DNA of 64,000 bases. Source: Eledone cirrhosa. Its lineage: Eukaryota. Location: the NCBI GenBank assembly GCA_964016885.1, contig OZ024743.1, positions 322,958,001 to 323,022,000 of the forward strand. The letters are read 5' to 3'. The notes under the pieces were generated by a model. The model saw only the letters and a program-made list of their open reading frames with translations, ran no database searches and was not told the origin of the DNA. The translations under genes and the position numbers were made by a program. Below, in pieces: positions 22,766-36,053 of this stretch (position 1 is its first letter; each line of letters opens with the position of its first letter).

Positions 22766-23974
22766 CTAGTGGCCAGTAACACTACATTGTTGTAGGATGC
22801 AATCATCACTTTTCTTGCTACATAGTTGCTTTCTGAAATTCCAAGATCAACGTTTTCCGCTTTGAGAATGATGTCATAAGTTGTAAGAAATATGACAAAA
22901 GTTTTTTCCTTCTAATCGGTATGCTTAGAATAAAATGATACTTTAAGCATAAAGGCCTTGTGGCTTCTCTGCTCAATATTTAGTTACACATAAGACATAG
23001 AGGAGAAGCGATAAGCCCATAAGATAAATAAACAATGCTGTATTGAAGATAAATTTTCTTAAGTGGAGACATTGGGGTATCTAAAAATCATAAAATACAA
23101 AGAAAAAATAGTAGGAGCAATAGATTATGACATTTTCGTTCAATAAGTTATATTGTTACTCGAAGTCCGTTTTCAATAATCCGCAAATACGAGAATACAA
23201 GAAAGTTGCAATCAATTGGAGATCAATCCAATCCACCAACTTCAAGTGGCTGTCTATTTCTATGAGGATGTGCATTGAGCTATGAATAGGTGCCATCTTT
23301 GGATTGTCATATTTTGACTGTCTTTCTCATCCGCACCACCTTGAATACGACATGTCGTCAGAGTTCTTAGAGGTTATCGCCTGATCCAATTTTATGTGAT
23401 CTCTCTGTGATGACGAGGTTGGTGAGTTTATTCTGAAGGTTAATCTTAATTTTACTGGCAAAGTTGTTTTTGATCTTCCCTTATATTATTTCGACTCAAG
23501 AACTATTTGAATGTTAATGACTCTTCTCAAAACTATAGAAAACACAAAAATGCTCCCTGCTTGTGGGGCTGTTTATATTTTATCTAGGAATGTCGCCCAG
23601 TTACTCTCGTTTAGCCTCCCGTTTTTGTTCTGTTTTGTTTTATATACATGTTCTTGGCATATTTCCTTTGAATATTTTTTTTCTAGTAGCGTATGTTGAA
23701 ATACTTTCTTAATAATCAAAATCCTATATTGCCCACCAAAATTTCCAATCGCCCACTATTTTCTGTTCAGTTTCTCATCGCCCACCAGTGGGTGATATCA
23801 CCAAGGCTGGGGAAACACTAGTCTACAGTAATTTCTGTTGAAAAGCTTTCGCTTTTGGTTGTTGAATCTTGTTCGTTCCTTTTTTTTTTTTTTTTCATGC
23901 TTTCTGTTTCATTTGGCTTTATTCTTTATGTCAGCAATGTTCGCTTGTTGGTTGAATTTTCTATAGAAATAAAC

Positions 23975-24105
23975 ACATACTCTCACACATACATATATAC
24001 ACAATCACATACATACACACACTCTCACACACGCACTCTCAAACACACACTCTCACACACACACACACATGTATACACACACATGCACTCTCACACACAC
24101 ACACC
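23975..24105. repeat. (CA)n-rich microsatellite
   Basis: Direct inspection. Confidence 0.9.
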
Positions 24106-24149
24106 TATATGTACTGATGTAGTACTCCTACCCCAATAAAAAGCAACGG

Positions 24150-24815
24150 GTCCACTCAGTAAGGTTGTAGTGCTGGTGCCACAGTGATAAGCACCCTGCA
24201 ATGCAGTAATGTTGGTGTAGTGACAACGAGCCCCCAGTACATGCTGAAAGCGGTTGGCATTACGAAGGGTATTCCAGCCATAAAAAGCAAGCCCAAAACA
24301 TAGCACATGAGCAAGATGCAATAACCTGATCTGTCTATCCTCAGTACATGACAACCTGTCTAACCCATTCAAGCATGGAAAAAAAGACATTAAATGGTGA
24401 TGATGATGATGATGATTATGTGTGCTTGTGTGTATATATACACTCGTGTTGGTGACATGACAAAAAACACATAGTCAACACTGTAAAGTTGTCATGTTGG
24501 TGTCATGACAAGCACCTAGTCCTCACTATAAAGTTGTCATTTTGATACCACGACAAAAAGTGACCAATCCACAATATAAAGTGGTTGTTTGAATGTAAAG
24601 TACTCATTTTGGTGCCTCAATAAAAGGCACCCAGTCTACACTGTATGTGTGGTTGGTGCTAGGAAGGGTATTTAGCCATAGAAACCAAATTAGAAATAGT
24701 TCTGTATGAGCAAGACATGTTCATATAACCTGATTTGTCTCACAATAGGACAACTCGTTTAACCCATTCTAGCATGGATAAATGGCCATTAAATAGTGAT
24801 GATGATGATGATGAA
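24150..24815 (+). mobile_element. Two old RTE-tail/SINE fragments with ~40 bp subrepeats and (GAT)n tails
   Basis: Repeated cactgtaaagttgtcatgttggtgtcatgacaa units; ends agcatggaaaa..gacattaaatggtgatgatg. Confidence 0.7.
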
Positions 24816-25674
24816 TTTTTTTATTTTCTGTCAATTAGCTTTTCCCTATGTGTTTGTGTGTAACTTTAGGTTTCTTTGTACCAATTGGAAAATCAAATGA
24901 AAAGATAAAAAAGGTAGGGAGTGTTATTCAAGTGTTTATGATTTAAACTTATTTATCAGTCTATATTTATTATCTAAATTTTATGAATATTTATAATTTG
25001 TGCATGCGTGTGTGATTCACTAAACAAAAAAATGTAGTTTTATGAAGTACTATAAAAATAAAAAAACCAAATGATCCCCGGTATTTTCATTTGTAATATC
25101 TGTACATTTTGAGTCTTTGCTATCTTAATCTTTCTTAAACACTGACAAGCAAATTAATCTTTTAAAAGAAGTCTTGTTTACAAATGTTTAACAGTACTTT
25201 TATTTCTAGTACACCTGTGAGTTTTCAGTCACATTTATTAGTTTTGATGTTGTAATTCTTCAAGACTTCTTACTCATTCTTCCATATTTAAAAAAAATGT
25301 CAATAGTTGTCTTTCAAAAGTATGAAAAGTAGGTGTTTTTGTTCCATTAAAGTCTCTTCTTAAAGTGTGTCCATCTAAACCTTTCACTATCAGGTAATAT
25401 CAACATTCCTACTATTCTTATTATCAACAACTTTTCCCAATTGAATTGGTTTCCATTTCCAGGGCTTGACCAACTTCTCTTTTATATTGGTCACCATTGT
25501 TACTTCAATTGTCCTCGATCCCCGAACTGTTGTTTTTCTCCATGTTGTGTATTGTAATTGTATTGAGTATTATCTAACAAGTTCTGTATGATTGTTTAAT
25601 TATTTAGCGATAGCAAATCAGATCACAATCACGTTTCAAGTGTGCCCATGTTTTTTGCCTATATATTAGGCAAA

Positions 25675-25755
25675 TATGTGAGGTTGTGAGTTCGATTCCC
25701 AGACTTAGCAATGCGTTATGTCCTTGGGCAAGACATTTTATTTCACGTTGCTCCT
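25675..25755 (+). mobile_element. SINE head fragment
   Basis: ggttgtgagttcgattcccagac...ccttgggcaagacattttatttcacgttgctcc is homologous to the 10397 SINE. Confidence 0.7.
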
Positions 25756-26607
25756 TCTACCAGCAGTTGCGACCAATAGATAGTATTAGCAATTGGAAAG
25801 ACCAATGGAAACATTGCTTCCTCGGTCTGATTTGACGAAAGTCGATCGACTGTCGATATTATGCTTCAGCTAAACAAGGGTACACAGTTCTATCCAACAG
25901 GTTCAAAGTACAGTCTGACAATTTGAGTATACAATTCTTTCCATTGCCCCGGATTACATTCAGTATTATTTTTATTATATGCTCAATTCAGTTCAACAGT
26001 TTATTGTGCTTCATTGTGTCGAAATAGAAATTTGTAAATTACTGTTCCTTGTTCAATTACCTACGCACATAAGGAAATAAACAAGGCACTAAACTCCATA
26101 AAATCGGAAAGACACCAGCCCACCAGGGCACAGTTGAAACATATACTCTGATTGGGGTATAAAGTTTATCTCTCCCTCCTCTCTTTCCTTTTCTTTTGAT
26201 TCTTAATTTCTCTTCTTTTTTCATTTTCTTCTCTTTCTTTTCATTTCATTATTGCTGTTTATATTGTACAGTTTTTATTACATTTTCTCTTTTGTTTAAT
26301 AAACTTTATTTGTAAAAATATAGAACTGAAAAAGTAAATGACATATTACTCTCTTGCTTTATTGTAGTGAACTCTTGAAAAAAAAAAGACATATTCTTTT
26401 GCCACTTATTCCTAGAGCATGACAGACAGACAGACTGCCCGTCAGACATACAGACAGGCAAGCAAGCCAACTGGCAGACAGAGCAGAGAGACAAACAAAT
26501 AAGCAATCAGGTAGTCAGGCAGTGGACAGACAGACAGACAGGCAGGCAGGGAATTGGGGGGGGGGGGTCTCTCAAACCAATAGACATGGTAGTTTAATGT
26601 TGTGCAG

Positions 26608-29600
26608 TAATAATAATAATGAAATTATTGTGTAAAGTGCTCAGGTGCACTACAACTCGTCGAAGGTGCATGTATAGTACATAGAATAATACACAAATGT
26701 CAGGGAAGTGAATAGTGTATGAGTCATGGTATACATGTGTGTATGTGTATGGAGGGGGGACATTAGCTGTAGTGTTGGCGAATCTCGGGAAGCATGGAGG
26801 TTTTAAAGGATGCAGTGTCTCGACAGCTGACAACTGATGCAGGTAGTTTGTTCCATGCTTCAGCAACTCTGAGCGTGAAAAAATGTTTCCGAAAGTCATG
26901 GGAACTGTGCTGTTTTCTGACTTTGTTGGCATGTCCACGTGTGTTAGACACATGGAAATCAAAAAGGTACTCAGGGTTGTTGGCAAGATGGTTAATAATT
27001 TTGTGGGTGTTTACCAGGTCAGTTGTCAGACATCAGAGCTTCAATGTATCCATGCCCAGGGAAGCAAGGCGCTCAGAGTATGGTAGATGCCTGATGGAGG
27101 GTATTCGCTTGGTTGCACGTCTCTGAACAGTTTCTAGGCGGTCAATGTTCTGAGTAAGATAGGGGTTCCAGACTGGTGATGCAAATTCTAAGTGTGGCTG
27201 CACCATAGCCATGTACAGCCTTAAATAGATATCTGGAGAGCGGCTGACAAAGGTCTTGCTGAGTGATGCTAAGACACCCTCGGCCCTCTTGACAATTTTA
27301 GAGATGTGCTTCGTCCAACGCAAATCGCTGCTGACCGTAATGCCCAGGTCACGTTCATAAGAAGACTTCTTGATATTAGTGCTGTGGAGGGAGTATGTGG
27401 ACGCTGGGTTTTTACTCCCAAAATGCATGGTGGTACACTTGTCCACAGCTAGCTTGAGTTGCCAGTTTGAGATCCATTGTTGCATTGTGTCCAGGTCAGA
27501 CTGCAAGCAAGATCTATAGTGTTCAGGATCTGTCCTTTTTATCTCAAGGTACAGCTTGATGTCATCTGCGTACATTAGTACCGTGGCATTCTTTAAGTTG
27601 GCATCTATGTCATTAATATATGCCACAAACAAAAGGGGGCCAAGAACAGATCCCTGTGGTACACCAGATGACATCTCATATGGTGAGGAATGCTGTCCCA
27701 GAACCGTGACTACCTCTCTTCAACTGAGAATGAAGGACTTCAATCAGTTAAAAAGATCATCCTTCACACCCATTGCAGAGAGTTTTGCCATAAGCCTTTT
27801 GTGTGGCATAGAATTGAAGGCTTTCGCAAAGTCAAGGTAAACAACATCCACCCATGAGCCGCCATCAATGATCCGGGTGATGTCCTCAAGAAACTCTATA
27901 AGTTGATCACAGCAGCTGGAGTTGGGGATAAATCCAAATTGCGAGAGCCGGCCGGATAAGACTGTGAGAGCTCCAGAAGTTCCAAAGTGTTTCTCTGACA
28001 TAGGATTCCATCAGTTTGGCGATGCAACTAGTAAGACTGACTGGACGATAGTTCACAGGTGATGTGCGGTCACCCTTTTTGAACAGAGGAATGACACTGG
28101 CAGTTTTCCACTGTTCTGGAGTAGCACTGAATTGGAAGAAGCGTGATAACTGGTGCAGAAGGGTGTACTCACCACGTTTAAGAAGCAGGTACGTAACACC
28201 ATCAAGACCAGGAGAGGCATGGTTGCGTTTATTTTTTAGGTGACATCGCAGCATTGTAGGTGTAAATTCCATGGTTAATAGAGTCCGGTGTCATAGGTGG
28301 TGGAGATGGTACACTCTGGTCTTCAATAGTGAAAATGCCTGCATAGCATTCAGCAATGAGCTCTGCGCATTCCTTTGGATCGTCAATAACCTGGCTTGTG
28401 TGGGGATTGCGAAGAGGACCAACTGGAGAGTGAGGCCTCTGCTTTGAGTGAACATACTTCCAGAACACCTTACTGTCAGGGCTGGTTGCTATGCGCTGCT
28501 CAAATTGAAGCACTGCCTTTTTTTGTCACCCGTTTGAGGTGGTTGGACGATCTATTTCGCCTCTTCCTATTAATGTCTGATTTGTGAAATTTGTACTCAC
28601 GTTCAGCATTGTGCCGTTCTTTTCTGGCAAGACGGACTGCTGCAGTCTCCCAAATTGCACTTTTGGGATGTTTTTTCCGCTTACGTGGCACCGATGCTGA
28701 ACATGCTGTCCATATTCGTAGAACTCAAGCCAATTTAGCCGTTGCAACTCGGTGCAGTAACACCGTAACACCAGTCAAAGTGAGCAGCTTGGAGATAGTT
28801 GTGGTTCTTGTTACTGCCTATGAGGGATAGATAGATTGGCAATGATCATAGCATGATCAGAGTCACCTAAAGGTTCCTCAGCAGTAACACTAATGACCGT
28901 TTCAGGAGTAGTGGTGAAGAGTAGGTCCAAAGTGTTGTCACCTCTTGTTGGGGAGGTGACCACTTGGGACCAACTCGAGTCCAGCACTAGCTCAAGGAAG
29001 TCATTTGCACTTGGCAGCCAACGAAAGGTTTCCCAGACAATCTCAGGGTGATTGAAGTCTCTTGCAATGAAAACATAAGTGGCTGTCTTCCTGGCAGCAG
29101 CTATGAGGATATCACAAAGTTGAGTGTCCTGATGGTAATTTGGGGGACGGTAAACGACTCCAAGTAGCAGTGTTGACATGGTCATACGCATATCGCAGAA
29201 AAAAACTTCCTCCTGTGATTGGTTCAAATCAACACAAGGAATTGCCGACAGATTTGACTGAACGTAGACCATTACACCACCACCACCACGATTAATGCGG
29301 TCTTTACGAAACAGGTTGTAGCCAGTCATGCTGAAAACCCCATCACAGAGTAAGGGATGTGCCCAAGTTTCTGTGACTGTAATGAAGTCAGGGTTGATAC
29401 TTTTGATGTAGGAGTCAAAAAGATGAATCTTATTGCATAGACTCGTGCATTCAAAGACAACAATTTGTACCTTGATTCCAGTCTATGATTATGTGCAGGG
29501 GATGACAGGTTGTTCTGATTTAGTTTCCCAGAGTTTTTTCAGTTTCTTTATTGTCAGTTGTTGTGGGTACAGTGTTTTCAGACCAGCTGGTATCTCTTTT

Positions 29601-30420
29601 CCATGTTTCGCCAGCCTTAACAAACTTCCATATCTGCCCATCATCTCGTAGGCTGAAGCTTTCATGTTCTGTCGAGTTGCGGTTTAAGGAAGCTGCAGCA
29701 CGCAACATTGGGCGGACATCAGGTGGAAGACCAGGGCATGTTCGGAAAGCAATCCGACTTTCACGCCTAGCTTTATCAGAGGCTACAAGGTATGAACGTG
29801 CTTCAGTTGAGTTTGAAAACAACAGTCTAATTATCCTGGGTTTCGGGCCTGGTCGACCAAGGCGTAGAGCACCCTTTGCGGGAGCACAGCCCAAGTCTTT
29901 GGATGAACTGGCAGCAAATGCCTGAAGATCAACTATGTCTTCTGGTACACCAATGGCAATCACTTCGTGGTTTGCAGATTCAGTGGCATTCTCAGTGCGT
30001 CTAGGTCCAACATGAGGTACGCGGAGATTTTTTAACAAGGCACTCCGGTAAGATCCCTCATTGTGGGGTTCTACACGAACGCTTGATTTTATTCCCGCTA
30101 TTTCTCGGCTTAAAGCGGAAATCATTTGCTGTATTTCCTCAAACTCCGTATTGACGGTCGGTTTTTGTTGTTCTTCTTCTCCTTCAACAGGCATGGTAGG
30201 GGAAGACACAGTTGTCGGTTGTAATGAGAAAAGAAATAAATCCATCCAATCCATCAGTTAGTTTAACATTGTCATCTAACTGTTGGGTACTTTTAGTAGA
30301 GGTTAGGTTGTTACAAACAGGTTTCAAGTTTACTAATTGGCAAGTCCTTTGAGAAAAGAGGATCATTGTTTGCTTTCAGGACCTTTAATTTCACAATGAC
30401 TCACTAACTAAATGGTAAAG
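26608..30420 (-). mobile_element. Near full-length, frameshifted CR1-clade LINE
   Basis: ORF1 29520-30254; APE endonuclease (RKDRINRGGGGV, VYRPP, DFNHP, LDLLFT, SDH); RT (YRPVSLTS, YLDFAKAF, GVPQGSVLGPLLF, YADD, ERDLG, RGH..K, FFT.RV...WNKLP); (ATT)n tail. The 5' boundary is approximate. Confidence 0.93.
29520..30254 (-). CDS. CR1 ORF1 protein (coiled coil plus RRM-like region)
   Basis: Open 244 aa immediately upstream of ORF2; VIAIGVPE and RLGRPGPKPRIIRLLF are typical of LINE ORF1p. Confidence 0.7.
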   Translation of the reverse strand: MDWMDLFLFSLQPTTVSSPTMPVEGEEEQQKPTVNTEFEEIQQMISALSREIAGIKSSVRVEPHNEGSYRSALLKNLRVPHVGPRRTENATESANHEVIAIGVPEDIVDLQAFAASSSKDLGCAPAKGALRLGRPGPKPRIIRLLFSNSTEARSYLVASDKARRESRIAFRTCPGLPPDVRPMLRAAASLNRNSTEHESFSLRDDGQIWKFVKAGETWKRDTSWSENTVPTTTDNKETEKTLGN

Positions 30421-30828
30421 TAACACTAACAGTTCCCACTATATTTGTGATGGTGGCACATTTATCATGTTAGTCTCTGTGATATTTACTGTCCACAAAT
30501 ATATAATATTTTCTGAGGTCAACTTTACTTTTCATTTTTTCAAGGTTGATAAAAAAAAGAACCAGTCTAGTACTGGGATCAATCCTTCCTCTATATCACT
30601 TCCATTCTCTCACTCTCTTTATCCTTCTCCGGAAGAAATCTGCTATATTCAAACCTCGAGAGGAGATGGGCTCTGCTTGGTTTAAAAAATGCCCAAGAAA
30701 CAGCATACATCAATACAGCACCCCTATGACTCCATTAGGTGTTATGGGACAATACATACAATATATTTTATGTTTGTTATGAGAATAAAGTTAATTTGAC
30801 GGACATTCTCTGTTATACTGAAATGGTT

Positions 30829-30980
30829 GTTGCTCTGGTCTAACTGACTGTCAACTCTACAGACATGTTGCAACCGTTAACAACACCATACACTGTACAT
30901 ATATCTGCTCTGGTTTAACTGACACTCAACTCTGCAGATGTCATTGCAACAGTTAACAACACTATGCACTGCACATACCT
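30829..30980. repeat. Diverged ~77 bp tandem duplication
   Basis: tgctctggt.taactgac..tcaactct.caga...ttgcaac.gttaacaacac occurs twice. Confidence 0.8.
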
Positions 30981-31294
30981 TTAAATTAACAACCTCAACC
31001 CTATACATTTACTAGTTGGCTTCTTGTTAACAGAGTATATTATATCTGTGCATCATAAACACACACACACTCACACACAAATATATGCATACATATATAT
31101 AGACATACATACAAACACTTGCATGCATACATACACACAGATACATAATACCAACCTGCAGCATACAATGTGACAACCTATCCCCTGCCTCCACTAACAC
31201 TCCCCAACAGTTATCCTCAACATCACTACTTCAACTCCACTGTGCATTCCCCCTCAACATTCCTAGTAGCCCCCCCCCCCCTTCTTTGTGAAGC

Positions 31295-31672
31295 AATTGT
31301 TGATAGGAAGGGCATCCAGCCATAGAAAGCTTACCAGACAAAGTGTCAGGAGGACCCTTCAGCTGTATCAAGGAGATGACAGGCAGCCTAGTGTTTGCTC
31401 ATCTACACAATAAACACACCCAGTGCATGCTGTAAAGTAGTTAGTGATAGGAAGGGCACCCAGCCGTAGAAAGCTTGCCAAACAAAAGGGTTGGGAAGAC
31501 TCTCAGTTGTATCAAAGAGATGACAACCTCTCCTGTGCACTCAGCGGTGCATTAACCATACATAAAGCGAGACACAGGCATACACTTGGTCTATGTAGAC
31601 CCATCCAACCCTTGCTAGCACGGAAAGCAGACATTAAAACAGCAATGATACATACATACATACATACATACA

Positions 31673-31705
<33 letters not shown>
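31295..31705 (+). mobile_element. Old SINE/RTE-tail fragments followed by (TACA)n
   Basis: gataggaagggcatccagccatagaaa occurs twice; ends cttgctagcacggaaagcagacattaaa. Confidence 0.65.
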
Positions 31706-32014
31706 GCATGTATATATTCTGAAATCTGTTGCAACAGAGAACAAAAGCATGCATAGATATACTTCCCAATTTGCTTTTTGTTAACAGAATTCATTAGTGA
31801 TACATGGCACATATACATGTACACATAAGCACACACATACACGTGTGTGTGCACATGTACACACACGCACGTGCACATATTTACATGTCTATACTCATAT
31901 GTTAGAACAAACACATATATATCATCATATCTGCTTATAAAGTAAAAGGCTTTGTATTGTTCTGGTTCTGTTTTTGTTTTCTTGATCAATCCATGGCTAT
32001 AATGTGAGTGTATA

Positions 32015-32465
32015 TATATCTTTCATTGATTTAGCCCCATCGCTCTCTGTGGAGAATAGGCCATTGATGACCCTCTACCATCATACACAATTCTGGGCTG
32101 TTCTTGCCACTCCAGTTGGCTTCCAGCTTTCTTAATTCAGCCTCAGTGGCACACCTCCTGCTGCCATGGGGCTGGCCTCTCTTCCTCTTACCTTGCGAAT
32201 TCCAGGTCAGGGCTTCGCATAACCTGGTGTTGCATGCTGGTTTCCTGAGGGGATGTCCAATCCAGCTCCACAGAACCTGCTTTGCCACTGGCTCCTGTCC
32301 TGCTCGCTCCCACACATCTTTGTTTCTGATCTTCTCTGTCCATTTGATGTTGTAGATGTGCCCCAGACAGGTGTTGAAGAATGCCTGGATCTTCTTTGTT
32401 GTCCTCCAAGTTTTAAATCCATATAGCAGTACTGCTTCACATCGGAGTTGAAGATGCAAAGTTTA
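32015..32465 (-). mobile_element. RTE LINE 3' fragment (distinct family)
   Basis: VLLYGFKTWRT...WIGHPLRK...ALTWNSQGKRKRGQP. Confidence 0.85.
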
Positions 32466-33316
32466 GTTCTTTGGCAGATCTCTTTTGAGTGTGTCTATAA
32501 TATATATATATATACATATATATATACATACATACATACATACATACATATACATATACATATATATATATATATAATATAGAAATGGCTTCTCCAGAAT
32601 GAAACAGTTCTAGTCCTGTAGAAACCATTTCTATATTAAATATTTATACTCTGCTATGTATTGAGTACCTTACTGTGGTTATCCCTGATTGAACCTGGGA
32701 TAAACTTATATATATCATATATATACTATGTTAAGGTATCATAACATATGTAATATGTATGATGCTTATGTTTGTCAATGAAGAAGCTCAATGGACCTTG
32801 GCACAGAGCATCAATAATTCAAATTAGATGATATGTGTATAAAGACAGAGAGAAAGAGGCATAGATCATTTGAGAACCACATAGTATTTTGTACACACAT
32901 ATGAAGCATATAATATTTAGGAAAAAGTACATATTTATGATGGAAAAACCATTATTTTCCTTATGGCACCGTTTCATAGTTCATAAACTGAAGCAAAAAT
33001 TCATCTAAGTAATCAATTATCAATTACTAACTATTGATTTTGGTAAAGTATGGAAGAGATGAAACTAATCATCGAAGCAATCATCTTTACACATGGCCCA
33101 TCCAATACAAAGCACCTTTATATCTGTCAGGCTCTGAAAGCTAGTTTAAACCCTACATTAATGGTGTGAAAAAAGTTTCAACTGAAAAAGGTGCAAAGTA
33201 CTAGTCACAGTTTAAGCAACTCAACAAATTAAACATTTTGAGCAGTTATATACAATTCATCTAACCCATGCCAACATTGAAAAATGGAAATTAAATGGTG
33301 ATGATGATGATATATA

Positions 33317-35740
33317 TCATCATCATCATCATCACCGTTTTACGTCCGTTCTTCCACGCTAGCATGGGTTAGACGGGTTGTCCTGTTGTGGGCAGTGTCT
33401 GGTCGGCTGACCATGCCTTGCTCATACAGGAACTGATTTGGCTTGATTTCTACAGCTGGATGCCCTTCCTAACACCAACCTCATTTACAGTGAGTGCTGG
33501 GTGCTTTTTCGTGGCGCCTACACGTCCACTTTACAGTGTGGGCTGGGTGCTTTTTTGCCGTGGCACCTCCACCACCACCTTGCAGTGGGGGCATATTGTC
33601 TATATGCTTCAGCTTGTACCCATGGGAGGTCGGGTACTCTGTATTACTGCGTGACGCCAGAGGTCACGGTTGTGTGTCATCGCCTTTGAGAGGTGTAATT
33701 GGGTAAGGTCGGCTTTTATCACCTCATCCCAGGTCATCTTGGGTCTCCCCACTCCGTGGTTTCCATCGACTTCTAGTGCTCTGCACCTTTTTATGCAGCT
33801 GTCATCCTTCATACGCATCCATCACATGTCCATACCAACGCAACCGCCTCTCCTGCACACAGCATTTGATTCCTCTTATGCTCAGTCTCTCTCTCAATTC
33901 ATTTATGCTTTGTCGTTCGCGTATATTACTGTTACACATCCATCGGAGCATGCAGGCTTCGTTTCTCTCTAATCTACGTAAGTCTTCCACCTTCAGCGCC
34001 CAGGTCTCACTACCATGCAACATCGCTGTTCGGATACACGCATCATACAATCTGCCTTTCATTTTGAGGGAGAAGCCTTTTGCAGCTAGCAGTGGTAGTA
34101 GTTCCCTAAACTTCTTCCATCCCGTTCTTACCCTAGTTATTGTACTTTCTGAACACCCACCTCTGCTGCTAATTCGGTCACCTAGGTAGCAGAAGCTGTC
34201 TACTATTTCTACACAGCCCTCCCAGAGATTGGTGGTACTTGTTTCCTGTGGCTGTTTGCTGCTTGCTGTCCCAGCACAGCTGCTGCATGTGAAGCCTACA
34301 TTCTTAATTAAGCTTCCTGAGATCCCACTACATCTCTTGTGTACCCATTGTTTGCATTTGGGGCAGAGAATGGAGTTCCTACCTACACCTTTCCTACATA
34401 CTGAGCAAGGCCATTTCCCTGAGGGGATCTGGGTTCTGTTTTCTCGTCTACTTACAAGGACCTTAGTCTTTGTCATGTTGACTTTGAGACCCTTTCTTTC
34501 TAGTCCCTGCTTCCAAGTTTGGAATTTCTTCTCTAGTTCTACCATAGATTCAGCTATAAGTGCGAGGTCATCAGCATACAGGAGTTCCCATGGGCATCCG
34601 GTCTTAAACTCCTCCGTTATTGCCTGCAGGACTATGATGAACAGGAGGGGGCTAAGAACAGAGCCCTGGTGGACCCCAACCTGTACGCTAAATTCCTCGC
34701 TATACTCATTGCTAATCCTAACTTTGCTGACTGCTCCCCTATACATGGCTTGTACCGGTTTCACAAGCCATTCATCTACTCCTAGTTTTCTAAGAGCCCA
34801 CCAGATTACAGCACGTGGAACTCTGTCAAAAGCTTTCTCAAGGTCGACAAATGCCAGGTAGAGTGGATTACTTTTAGCTAGGTACTTTTCCTGTAACTGC
34901 CTGACAAGGAAGAGGGCATCAGTGGTGCCTCTTCCTGGTACAAACCCAAATTGCATCTCGTCTAGTTTCACCCGGTCCCTAATCAACTGTGCTATAACTC
35001 TTTCTGTTACTTTCATGACCTGGTCCATCAGCTTTATACCTCTATAGTTTCCTCTATCTAGTGCATCACCTTTACCTTTGTAGCAGTTGACAATGATGCT
35101 ACTGCACCAATCTTTTGGTATGACACCTTCTAGTATTACCTGGTTAACAATATGTGTGGTTATAGTGTGACCTACAGACCCAGATGCCTTCAGAATCTCG
35201 GCAGCTATACCCAATGGACCGGTTGCCTTCCCCATCTTCATATCTTTGATTGCCTTACTTACTACATTGCTGCTGACTTGTACTGCTGGCCCCTCTATAG
35301 GGTCTACTTGGGGTAGGGTCTCTTCTTCCCATGCATTCTCCTCATTTAGTAATCTATCATAATGACTCTTCCATGCATCTTTCTTCTCAGCACTTGTGAG
35401 GGCAAGCTCACCTTTATCATTCCGGATACACTTCTCTCCAATGACATCACAATTCTCTCTGACACACTGCCTCGCAATCTTGAACACCTCCTGTTTCTGG
35501 TCCTCACGTTGCAAAACATGCTTGAATTTTCTATCCTCTACTTCCCTCCTAGCTAAGTATACTTGTCGCCTAGCTTCCCTCTTGGTCTCTATGTAATGTA
35601 CCCTGCTCCCTCCGTTCTTCCATTCTTTCCATGCCTGTCTCTTGGCCTTAACTGCCTCATCTACCTTATTGTTCCACCACCAAGTCACTCTCCTCCTGCT
35701 TGAGGTCTTCCTCCAGCCACAGACCTCATCCGTCGCCTCT
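33317..35740 (-). mobile_element. 5'-truncated RTE-clade LINE with largely intact RT and embedded PHD-like finger
   Basis: 659 aa ORF: NYRGIKL, QFGFVPGRGTTDA, FVDLEKAFDRV, GVHQGSVLSPLLF, YADD, CSVC..CPKC..VHKRC..CSSC, FCYLG; then 3' UTR and (GAT)n tail. Confidence 0.96.
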
Positions 35741-35774
35741 GATGATATATATGTACATATATATTTATATGTAT

Positions 35775-35840
35775 AAACCACAGTTCAGATCTAGCTGTCG
35801 AAACGGCTGGAGCTCAGCCGTCGGAGTCCTGACCCTTTTC
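35775..35840 (+). repeat. PLE pseudo-LTR terminal fragment with hammerhead 3' half
   Basis: tcGAAAcggctg gagct cagccgTCggagtcctga is homologous to 16465-16505 and 63207-63242. Confidence 0.55.
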
Positions 35841-36053
35841 ATATTTATATGTATATATATATATATATTTACTATTATACACATACATCTAATTTTCTGA
35901 TGATTCAAATGATTTGTTCAACTTATGTTTGAACTCCACCCACCCCACCTACCACCTCAAGAAATGGTGCCGTCAGGTTTTAAAAGGAAAAGCCACGATG
36001 ATATGGTTGTGAAGTAAACTTCTTAACCACATAACAACAACAACCTATAATAA

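Larger units (their letters stand above)
17160..23820 (-). mobile_element. hAT/Charlie-type DNA transposon (SCAND3/ZBED5-like transposase pseudogene) with nested insertions
   Basis: TIRs cagggcttcccaac / ggggaaacacta, TSD gtctacac / gtctacag. Minus-strand remnants in order: ASYN..LLA..GKS.IIGKTLL, ACTSDAASAMLG, HCV.THRQHLVAK, IIKTVNK|LKSNSLSE*MFRLLC, IRWLANGNCVVRFVEL. Confidence 0.88.

Noticed and set aside
25150-25660. Possible decayed transposase (GHT..DCD-like motif, minus strand)
   Set aside because: Requires several frameshifts and no termini were found; too weak without a profile search.
35738-35826. Complete hammerhead using CTGATGA at the RTE 5' junction
   Set aside because: The box is separated from GAAA by a TA microsatellite and helix I pairing is poor; probably a chance juxtaposition.
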